DNA of 64,000 nt from Felis catus (taxonomy: Eukaryota): NCBI RefSeq assembly GCF_018350175.1, contig NC_058373.1, positions 100,008,001 through 100,072,000 of the forward strand, written 5' to 3'. The position numbers and the translations under genes were made by a program. Below the pieces are notes generated by a model. The model was not told the origin of the DNA. It searched no databases and was given only the letters and a program-made list of their open reading frames with translations. This document shows, piece by piece, positions 28,043 through 38,408 of the stretch (the stretch's first letter is position 1; each line of letters opens with the position of its first letter).

Positions 28043-28267
28043 ATTTTTTAATGTTTATTTTAGAGAGAGAGAGAGAGAGAGAGAGTGCACGCGCACAAGT
28101 GGGGGAGGGGCAGAGAGAAAGAGAGCAAGAGAGACACAGAATCTAAAGCAGGCTTTAGGCTTGAGCCATCAGTACAGAGCCCAACACGGGGCTTGAACTC
28201 ACCAACAGTGAGATCATGACCTGAGCTGAAGTCAGATGCTTAACTGACTGACCCACCCAGGTGCCCC
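28043..28267 (-). mobile_element. CAN-SINE
   Basis: Antisense copy. Confidence 0.9.
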
Positions 28268-29979
28268 ATAAATATACTTTTTTAAGTATATGACTTAGAC
28301 TTATACAGCTTAGACATTTAAATATTTTTTTCAACCCAAGTTTTAATTCAACTCTACCTTCTGAACTCAGACTTGTTTTAATACTCTCCTCTCTTCTTCC
28401 ATGCTGCACTTACTTCCATGCTGTCCTCTACATCTGTTGTCAATTCTTTGTCTCCCATTTTGCCACTTTCAAATTTCTCTCCAACAATTTCTTCTTTCAG
28501 GAAGTCTTCCACTGATGATCTATAGTATCTAAGTTCTAAAAGAAGACAGTTTAGGAAAATTAATATAATATAAAAATATCATACTTCCAGAATGGAGAGA
28601 CATACCCACAGGTATAGGTGAGATTTTTAATTTTTTTTAATTTCAAATAGAACCCCTACCTTTCAAACAAAAGATCACTATCTCAAAACAAGAGACAGAA
28701 AAAAATAGCAAAAAATTACTCAGAATGAGAGGGGTAGACTTTCTATAAGAAATAATAAAAGAATGAAAATTTAGGGAAAATTGTACTAGATACTTAATCT
28801 GCTCTTTCAATACAATCAGTAAGCATATAATACCTCTCCTTTAAAAGCAGGTATTCCTAAAAAAGGAGCTAATTACTAATTACTTCTTAACATTCTTTTC
28901 ATTAGAGCTAATTTATATCAGTGAACAAATTTGTCATCAATATTTAATAATGAGCCAAGAGTTCAAAAATTCAAGTAGAATGAGTGAGGACTGTGAGTGA
29001 GAGGCATATAAAAAAGTAATTTTACTGATATAATTAGGGAGTATCCTTGGCATTAACATTGATTACACATTTTAGCCATTTTAAACCAGTGTATTTTAAA
29101 GCCACTTTATATTAATGAGGATAGTTTAAAATAGGTCATTCAATATTTTCTTTATTGGGGGGAAGGGAAATGCATGCATCCTGAGGCTAAGGGAATAACT
29201 ATGTAATGTATTTACTATAGGAAATAACCAAAACCTAATTAAAAATGAACCTTTTAAGTAAAAGTACATTTGAACGAGTCAAGTATAAATATAATTTTTC
29301 CTGGACTTGTGGTTATAATTCAGTTATTTTAACACTAAATTGGACAGTAGGGTTAACACATTATTTTTTCCCCTAGAATGAATTTTGTAGCAGTAAAAGG
29401 TCTAACTGCACATTCAGTGCTAGAATACTTTCCCACATCTATCTCATTGGACAAATGAAATTATAGATGTTGAAGTACTACGCATTTGGTCAATTAGAGA
29501 TGTTGGTGATTATTCTGACATACATATTTTCAGGGATAGGAATTCATTAGTAACTATAACCTTTGCAATTTTTCCATCTTTGATAAATTTGATTATTTAA
29601 GTAATTACTTAAAGCAGAGAATATTACAGAGATCAACCAGAAATATAGTTTATGTGGTCTTAATAAAATAAACACTGAATAATGATTTAACCAAATCTAT
29701 GACAACCACAGTTCAGAGGATGGGGAGACAGAAAGTAAGGGAACATACAATTAGTGTGGGAAAAGAAATAAAAGAGCTAAATCTTCACTTTCAGAAGACC
29801 AAAAGCCAAGCTTATCGGAAATAGGAAGATGAATGCCAAAAGAAATAGGGAACAATTGAAATATTTCCCCCTAAGGAATAAGAAATTGGAAGGGGAAGAC
29901 ACCAAGGGGACTTTTGAAGTCTTATATAAAACCATCTGACTCTTTAAATACCTTTTCATTTTGATTGAAAAGTTAAAGT

Positions 29980-31115
29980 CATTCTATTTGGACTATATCA
30001 AAATAAAAAGCTCTGCACAGCAAAGGAGACAGCTACCAAAACTAAAAGACAATCTACTGAATGGGAGAAGATTTGCAAATAACATATCCAAGAAAGGGTT
30101 AGTATCCAAAATATATATAAAGAACTTACATAATTCAACACCAAAAAAACCAAAAAACAAAAACCAAAAAAAACCAACAAAACAAAACAAAAAAACAAAA
30201 AACCCCAAGTAATCCAATTTAAAAACGAGAAGACATGAACAGACATTTCTCCAAAGATGATACACAGATGGCCAACAGACACATGAAAATACGCTCAACC
30301 TCACTCATCATCAGGCAAATGCAAATCAAAACCACAATGAGATGTCATCTCGAACCTGTCAGAATGGCTAAAATCAAAGCTCAAAAACAACAACTATGGG
30401 CAAGGATGTGGAGAAAAAGGAACCCTCCTGTATTGTTGGTGGGAATGTAAACTGGTGCAGCTACTGTGGAAGACAGTATGGAAGTTCCTCAAAAAATTTA
30501 AAATAGAACTACCCTATGATCCAGTAATTGCACTATTGGGTATTTACCCAAAGAATATGAAAACACTAATATAAAAAGATATATGCACTTCTATGTTTAC
30601 TGCAGCATTACTTGCAATAGTCAAATTATGGAAGAAGCCCAAGTGTCCATCCATAGGTAAATGAGTAAAGAAAATGTGGTATGCATATGTAAGTATGTAC
30701 ATACATACATATATACACATACATACACCCACATAATAGAATATTATTCAGCCAAAATAAACAGTGGAATTTTGCTATTTGCAACAACATGGATGGATCT
30801 AGAGGGTATAATACTAAGCAAGTAAGTAGGAGAAAAACAAATACCATATGATTTCACTCACATGCAGAATTTGAGAAATAAAACAAAACAACAAAGAAAA
30901 AAAGAGAGACAAATCAAAAAACAGACTCTTAACTACAGGGAACAAAGAGTTACCAGAGGGGAGGGTAGCAGGGGGATGAAACAGGTGAAAGGGATTAAGG
31001 ATACACTTATCTGGATGAGCACTGAGTAACATATGGAATTGTTGAATTGCTACACTGTACACCTGAAACTAATACAATGCTGTATGTTAACTACACTGGA
31101 ATAAAATAAAATAAG
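29980..31115 (+). mobile_element. 5'-truncated L1 (ORF2 end and 3'UTR)
   Basis: [16 protein letters not shown] motif, L1 3'UTR, AATAAAATAAAATAA tail. Confidence 0.9.
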
Positions 31116-33184
31116 AATTAAAGTTGTTACTTGTACGTAATCAAATTTTCCATAGCTTCTACTCGTATTAATCCAACCTATCTTTGTGGGGCCACAGAAG
31201 ACTGTTCATTTCACATGCATGGAAAATAAAATGCATTTGCCCAGAGACATGTTCTCCACATAAAATTATCTTTAAATTAAAAAGAAGAGAAATTTTGATG
31301 GGAAAGGGTGGGGAATGAGAAGACCAGCAAGAACAGAGTAAAAGCAAAGATACAAAAGGTACTCGGTGACTTTTTCCCTCCAGTAGGTAGAAAGTAGAAT
31401 AGAAAACAATACTTAATGATTCAAAATCTAAATATCAATAAAGAGATGAATACCTTGAGAAATGTGACGTTGGTACCTTGGTGTAGTAGTTCATTGGTAT
31501 GGGGTAAATAGTTCCAGTTCTGTAGAAGTTGAGATTACACTTAGCTTCCTGCACCTCCCACCTGTAGTGAGTTAGCTGTGCCCACTGTGTGACTTAATCT
31601 GGCTAATAAATGTAAGCAAAAGCTCATGTTTCTTTCAGGCAACAATTTAATAGCCAGTGTGTGATAGGGCAGGATTTATTTTCTTCTGTCACAGTCATTA
31701 AAAATGCTCAATTTGTGGCTGTTCCTCAGCATGAGTCCCAGAATGAGCACAACAGAGAACCCTCACTGATTTGCAATTAGCATGTGACATAGGAGGAAAT
31801 CAACCTTATTGCCTTAAGCTACTGAGATTTGAGGGGTCATCACTACAGCATAATCTAGTTTATCTTCACTATTATACAAACTAGAATGAGGTGCTACCTT
31901 AACAAGAACCCCAAAACATTGGCTTAGAGGCCAAGAAGCAAGGACCGTTCAGGATCTAGTCAAGGAAACTTTCATCAGAGACTGGAGCTTGGCAATCCAC
32001 AGTAAGGAGTGACAAAACATTTGCTGAAACGGTCACTATAATAATTTGGAGGTGACACATACTTAATGAATTTATAATGAGCATGTACCCAGGCTTGTGT
32101 GGCTAATGAACCTCTTTATGGCCCTAAGAGAGGAGGCTGGTAGTCAGAAGATGAACACCGTGTGATAGTTGCTGTTGGTTATGTTTAATGAGATATTCAA
32201 AGAAAGGTAGTCAAAGAACCACTGCCATCCAAGAGACTAGCTGGTTAATACTTACACAGTCCTTTTTTAGCCCCCACCCTTCTACTGTCAGAGAGCAAGC
32301 TGACAAGCTGCTCAGCCATGGAAAGGGGCCATACTATCCAAAGCCAACTTCAGATGTGGCCAAAGATAATAAAGACGGAAAGACCTCTTGCAGAGTAAAG
32401 CCAAGGACCATGGAGAACTATGCCCCAGGGCATATGCCAGAATATGAACTATTCGATACTGGTCTACAATAATGAGATAAACAAAGAAATTGAGAACAAA
32501 TGTCAAAAAGTTTTTATAGTCCTTTTTACACAGTTTTGTGTTTTATGAATCTAAAAAATTTTTAACAGGCTTGTCATGTGCTAGGTGTTTTCATTTTATT
32601 TTTCTTATAATTCATTTTTATTGTATTTAACAAAAATTCAAAGTAAATTGGAATTTTAAAAAACTGGTCATTCTTAGCAGATAGTTTGAGAAGCACTGAC
32701 CTAGAGAAACCAGTGAACAGAACAAAAGCCCTAACAATATCTGCCCAGTGATATTTCAAAGTTGCTACAGTCTGAAGTCTGGTGCATGTCTTCCATTCTT
32801 CCCCTCTCCAAATTGGCACATGTATTATAGTTATTTGTCCCTACACTATCCTATGTATCCAAGTGGAGGTGGGAAACAGGTAACTTATAATGTCCTAAGA
32901 CATTAACACTACTGGGCATTACTTAGAGATCTTGGACTATTGAGCTTGGTACAGTGATTGAATGGGATTTGAGGGCTATATCCATTGGGAAGGGCCAAAG
33001 ATGAATTACATGTAAGAAGGAGAATATCTGTTGACAAACATGGTGGATTGTTCAAATGTTTCTAGTTCTCTACACATGTTAAAATTGTACTTCTCCACTT
33101 CCTTGAAATAGGAAGTGACTTGATTTGGCCAATGAAATGTACAGTGACATATGTAACTTCTGGGAGCTTTTAAGAGTCAATATA

Positions 33185-33377
33185 GGGGCGCCTGAGTAGC
33201 TCAGTTGGTAGAGCATCCAACTTTGGCTCAGGGCATGAACTTGTGGTTCATAAGTTCAAGCCCCACGTCAGGCTATGTGCTGACAGCTCAGAGGCCTGGA
33301 GCCTGCTTAGGATTCTGTGTCTCCCTCTCTCTCTGCCCTTCCGCTGCTCATGCTCTCTCTCTCCCTCCCTCAAAAAA

Positions 33378-33408
<31 letters not shown>

Positions 33409-33437
33409 ACAAACATTAAAAAATTAAAAAAAAAAAG
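33185..33437 (+). mobile_element. CAN-SINE with (TAAA)n tail
   Basis: Typical; TSD AGTCAATATA. Confidence 0.9.
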
Positions 33438-33448
33438 TCAATATATAT

Positions 33449-33675
33449 GGGGGGGGGGGGGTGGTCTGGGTGGCTCAGTCAGTTAAGCACTCAACTTCTG
33501 CCAGGTCATGATCTCATGGTTTATGAGTTCGAGCCTCACGTCGGGCTCTGTGCTGACAGCTCAGAGCCTGGAGCCTGCTTCCCATTCCATGTCTCCCTCT
33601 CTCTCTCTGCCCCTCCCCCGCTCATGCTCTCTCTCTTTCTCTTAGGAAATAAACATTAAAAAAATTTTAAAGAAA
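33449..33675 (+). mobile_element. CAN-SINE with poly-G head
   Basis: Typical body; flanked by AGTCAATATATA repeats. Confidence 0.9.
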
Positions 33676-33757
33676 GAGTCAATATATACATTTCATGAAT
33701 CACAACTCACTTTTCTTCTGCTATAATGAATGATAACACTCAAAATGAGGCCTTCTC

Positions 33758-33983
33758 AGGCACCTGGGTGGCTCAGTCAATTAAGCATCTGACTTCAGCT
33801 CAGGTCATGATCTCATAGTTCATGGGTTCGGGCCCCACTTCGGGCTCTGTGCTGACAGCTCAGAGCCTGGAGCCTGCTTCAGATTCTCCGTCTCCCTCCC
33901 CCCCCCCCCGCCTCTCTGCCCCAACCCAGCTTGTGCTCTCTCTCAAAAATGAATAAAAATTTTTTAAAAATAAAAAAAAAAAA
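33758..33983 (+). mobile_element. CAN-SINE
   Basis: Typical; TSD AAAA(T/C)GAGGCCTTCTC. Confidence 0.9.
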
Positions 33984-34226
33984 CGAGGCCTTCTCTGTTG
34001 AACCAAGTCTCAGAAAGAGGACAACATAAGACAAAGCTCCCAGATAACCCAGAGAGAGCAGAAATTAAACACTTGCTTTAAACCACTGAAGTTTGGGGGT
34101 TGTTATTACAGTATAACCCAGCCTAGCCTTATAGGTTTTAATAATAGCTAAGGGGAGAGTGACTTGAACATAAATACATATACTAGATTTTTAAAGCAGA
34201 AAATGTGAAAGAATTCATAGGAAATT

Positions 34227-34444
34227 GGGGCACGTGGATGGCTCAGTTGGTTAAGCGACTGACTTTGGCTCAGGTCATGATCTCACAGTTTGTGAGTTGG
34301 AGCCCTGCATCGGGCTCTGCACTGACAGCTCAGAGCCTGGAGCCTGCTTCAGATTCTGTGTCTCCTCCTCTCCTTACCCCTCCCCTGCTCACGCTCTGTG
34401 TCTCTCTGTCTCTCAATAATAAATAAATGTTAAAGAAAAAAAAA
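34227..34444 (+). mobile_element. CAN-SINE
   Basis: Typical; TSD AATTCA(T/C)AGGAAATT. Confidence 0.9.
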
Positions 34445-37124
34445 TTCACAGGAAATTGACCCAATTTCACTATAGGGAAGATTCTAAAAGAGAAGAGGAC
34501 TCTTTCAAATGCAATGGACTATAACCACAACAGGTGTCAATACTAAAAGAAGGCGGAAGTCATAGGCAAATATTTGCCAATAGTACACACATCTCCCAAC
34601 TACATGCAGGCTCCTACCCTTAGAGCCTGGAGGGTCCCCTCAATTCATCAGGATAATGTTCCTGTCAGCACTAATCAGAGTTGGTATGCAAGAGGTAAGT
34701 TTTGCCTCATCCCTAAACTCTAGACACGTATGCCTGCACAAGTCATTTAAAGTTGGAAAAAATGTGTGACAATTAAGGTCAAATACAAAAGGGTGACAAA
34801 CACTGTAAGCATGGAACAATGAGACTGTAGTACAAAAAGAGCTAAAGCTTGAAATAAAATGCATCAAAATTTTGTTCAGCACCTGAATACTGAGAGAGCC
34901 CCCAGGGGGCAATGAGGAGGAAAAATTTCAACAGGAAAACTCATCTCCTTGCAGGGAGGGCAGGAGGAAGGATCTGCCTTCATGTGTTCCACAGCTGGAG
35001 CAGCTGGTGACTGACTCTTCCCACTTTGGGATTGGGTCCTATTTATAATAATACTGGAAAAAAAGTTCTGCTTTTAAATGTTTGAAGGCCACTGTGCTAG
35101 AATAATGTACCCTTCTAGAACAATATTCAACCATTGTGCATTTGAACACTTTCATATTTTAGAATATCAAGCAGCAAGTTTTTCTAGAAGACTTTGGTTA
35201 GTTTCCCCTTTATAGACTCAAATTTCCCTTATGATTAACAATAAAACTAATGGTTTCCCACGCAAGAAAAAGAGGAAATTAACAACTGTAAACATTAAAC
35301 AAATTATACCAAGATCTGTGGATATCATTCTCTTGAAAAAGACACATTTTTTATTGTGCAACAAATGGAGCATATAATGCTTACAAACTTCCTGTAAGAA
35401 CATTCTGGCAAAAATTAGCTTACAATTTAATGCTGCTACTAGAGAAAACCTGCTCACTGAACCAGCCTCAAATAAAATGTTGATTAGTTCTCAGCGCAGT
35501 TTATCAGCTAAGACTCGGTGCAGGCCAAAAAAAGACTCAACATCTCTCCACTTCACAGCCCCTTCACGGCAGCTGGGGCAAAAACCTCTATCTGCCCCAA
35601 CTGCATGCCCATCATGCACCCCCAAAAAAGGAAGGAGAAAAGAGACAGCTATCTGGACTTGCTCTGGGATAAAAAATTTCACAAAACTATTTCATAGTAA
35701 AACTAGTATGGGTATTATCCTGATGTTGTTTACTATAACTCTGAGTAGAAAATATAAAAGAAACAGACTTTCACGGTGAAAGTCTATTTGTGAACTGAAA
35801 CAGGTACCTCATCATTATGGAAGATACAAAAAAAAAAAGGCATGTCAGGGAATAAGAGGTTCCCCTGATTGTGATGAGTGCCTAAAATCACCAAACTCTG
35901 AGTTCATGCTTAATTTACGCACTTATGCACATAACTGCTTAACTCACTTTAACTCACTGCTGCCATAAGCACTCTGTCGCAATTCAAAAAGAACTGTGTA
36001 AGTAGCCTAACCACATTCTCGGAAGTATCTTGTAAATTCCAATAAACATGAGATCCTTCTCTAAAGTGTGGATGTTGGATTAGACCTATTAATTTCTTTC
36101 AACAAGTTGTACACTACTCTAGGCTGCAATGAACAGCCTGCTCAGCTGACTGCTCCGCTGCATCTGAGGGATCCACATAACCGTGCCAGGCCTGAACGTC
36201 TATCACAGTCTGTCCTATAAAGAATCCAAAACACACCAGTAGCTGGCGCCTGGGTGAACCACTGTCCCAGAATCTGTAGTACAAAACGGACTTTAAAGTT
36301 CCCTGAAGATCACTTAGCTTGGAAAGAAGGTAGCAACACTCCTCTTGCACAAAACATTAGGACAAAGTATGGTGAGTTAGGGCAGGCAGAGTTGGTGGAA
36401 CCAGTACATGGAGCAGTGTCTTTCACAGGGATACTGAATCTGTGATGTGCCACTCATTCTAAGGAAAATACATCATTTTGTGTCACTTTGCTCATTTTAT
36501 TACCAAACACAAGAAAGAAAAAAAAAAAAGTCAGCAATGTCATGTCAGTCCAATACAGGTTGGAAGTTCCCTCACTTATTTGCAGTAATAACACAGCATT
36601 TGTTTTGTACCTCTCTGAGGCCCTAGAGTAGCGCCACCGTCCACCGAAAACAGGACTGAGGTTTGAAGGAATACGTGTGGAATTTAAGGAGTACAAACTA
36701 TTCTACTTCTTCCTAGACAGTACGTTCATCAACGACTTACAGTTCTCTTTCTGCCTTTTTTCTCTAAACTTATGCCCAGAGCATCCTTCCAAATTCTAAC
36801 TTTCAAAGACCCACATTCCCCCTACTCACTTGTCGCTTGGCCCTCCATCTCATCCTAATACCCCTCTTCCTTTAAGAGACATTTGCCGAGGAAATTTTTT
36901 GCTTCAAGCTTCATTTCACCCTTCTCATTCCATCCTCTCTCCCCACAAAGGGGTCATGTTTTTCTCGCCGCTTATGCAGTGGGAAAAAAGAAGAAAGCAA
37001 AGCGGCCCTCAGAAGGATCCGGGCGAGGCCCCTTCTAAGCCAAACTCCAGAACTCGATGGTGCGGCCCATCCGTGCTGGCGGAAACCACAGCCCCTCGAT
37101 TGAGGGACCAGCGCTGCCACTTAC

Positions 37125-37260
37125 CTGCGGAGACGTGCGGGCCAGACCTACCCGGAAGGACCCGGACTGTTCCCGCAGCCAACAGATGCCGCCACGTGAA
37201 GAAAAGGCAGAAGGCGGCGCCGTGCCCCTCTGGCGGGCAGCGGCTAACCGATGCGCCCAC
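37125..37260 (-). other. TXNDC16: TXNDC16 non-coding exon 1 (5' boundary approximate)
   Basis: Consensus donor CAG|GTAAGT at 37125/37124 on the minus strand at the island edge; no ATG in this stretch; TSS cannot be fixed from sequence. Confidence 0.7.
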
Positions 37261-37994
37261 CTACTAGATTGAGCGCAGCACTCAAGCCCTTCACACTTAC
37301 TGCCACCACCGCACGGAGGGGTCGACCTGCAAAGCAAAAACAAAAAAAAAAAACAAAAAAAAACAACCCCCAAGGCTCCTCCCTCTCCTCGTGCTCCCTA
37401 CGTGCGGCCTCTCCAACCAATGGGAAGCGCAGGGGGCGGAGCGAAAGCCGCCCCAGGTGACAGGCGACTACCGAGTCCTCCCGCCGGCGCGAGCTGGCCG
37501 TGTAGTTGCCGGGCCAATCGGCAGTGTGGGTGGGGAGTGGAGGGGAGGGAGAAGGCGAGGAAAGTGGGTATCCAATCAGATCTCAGAGCCTTCGAGCGAC
37601 GGGTCCTGTGGCCCGTGGCCTTCCGAGTGCAGCGCGCAGGGGGCGTGCCCACCTGGGCCAATCGGCGCGAGCCCACGGTGCGGAGCGAGCGCCTCAAATG
37701 CTCGGGTTTCTCAGCTGATTGTCTCCAGCCGAGAGTTGTTTTTTGCAGCTACCGAACGGAGCCGCAGCAGGAGGAGCCGAGACCCCCGGAGGGGGGGGGG
37801 CGGGCGGGGAGAGGAGGCGGGGTCCGGAAAACCGCGGCTGCTCTGCGCGGGGCTCCGGGTCCTGTCACGGCGCTTCCTGGGGTTGGAGGTTGGGGTGGGT
37901 GGGGGGTAAGGGGGAAAGCCTTCTCCCCCTCGACGGCGGCTCCGAGTCCGGCCTCTTCCTTCCCGCGCTCTCTCGCCCGCTCCCCAGCCCCCTC

Positions 37995-38408
37995 ATGAGG
38001 GTGCCTGTGCCGGGTCCGGCGGCCGGCCGCGAGCCCTCGACGCCCGGAGGCGGAGGCGCCGTCGCTGCCGCCTCAGGCGCCGCGGTGCCGGGCTCGGTGC
38101 AGTTGGCGCTGAGCATCCTGCACGCCCTGCTCTACGCCGCGCTCTTCGCCTTTGCCTACCTGCAGCTGTGGCGGCTGCTCCTCTATCGGGAGCGGCGGCT
38201 GAGTTACCAGAGCCTCTGCCTCTTCCTCTGTCTCCTGTGGGCAGCGCTCAGGACCACCCTCTTCTCCGCCGCCTTCTCGCTCAGCGGCTCCCTGCCCCTG
38301 CTCCGGCCGCCCGCTCACCTGCACTTCTTCCCCCACTGGCTGCTCTACTGCTTCCCCTCCTGTCTCCAGTTCTCCACGCTCTGTCTCCTCAACCTCTACC
38401 TGGCGGAG
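37995..38408 (+). CDS. GPR137C: GPR137C coding exon 1 (138 codons; N-terminus and first transmembrane segments)
   Basis: [21 protein letters not shown]...[56 protein letters not shown]...[16 protein letters not shown] matches recalled GPR137C; GAG|GTAAGG donor, phase 0; known head-to-head arrangement with TXNDC16. Confidence 0.95.

Larger units (their letters stand above)
31480..34125 (+). mobile_element. Degraded MaLR (MLT1-like) element: LTR ~31480-31875, internal region, LTR ~33040-34125 split by SINEs
   Basis: Two related LTR-type ends: AAGCTACTGAGATTTGAGGG...TACAGCATAATCTAG and AAACCACTGAAGTTTGGGGGTTGTTATTACAGTATAACCCAG. Confidence 0.5.

Noticed and set aside
33185..34444. Regularly spaced similar units resembling an array or CRISPR
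   Set aside because: A cluster of independent SINE insertions, each with its own TSD, in eukaryotic DNA.
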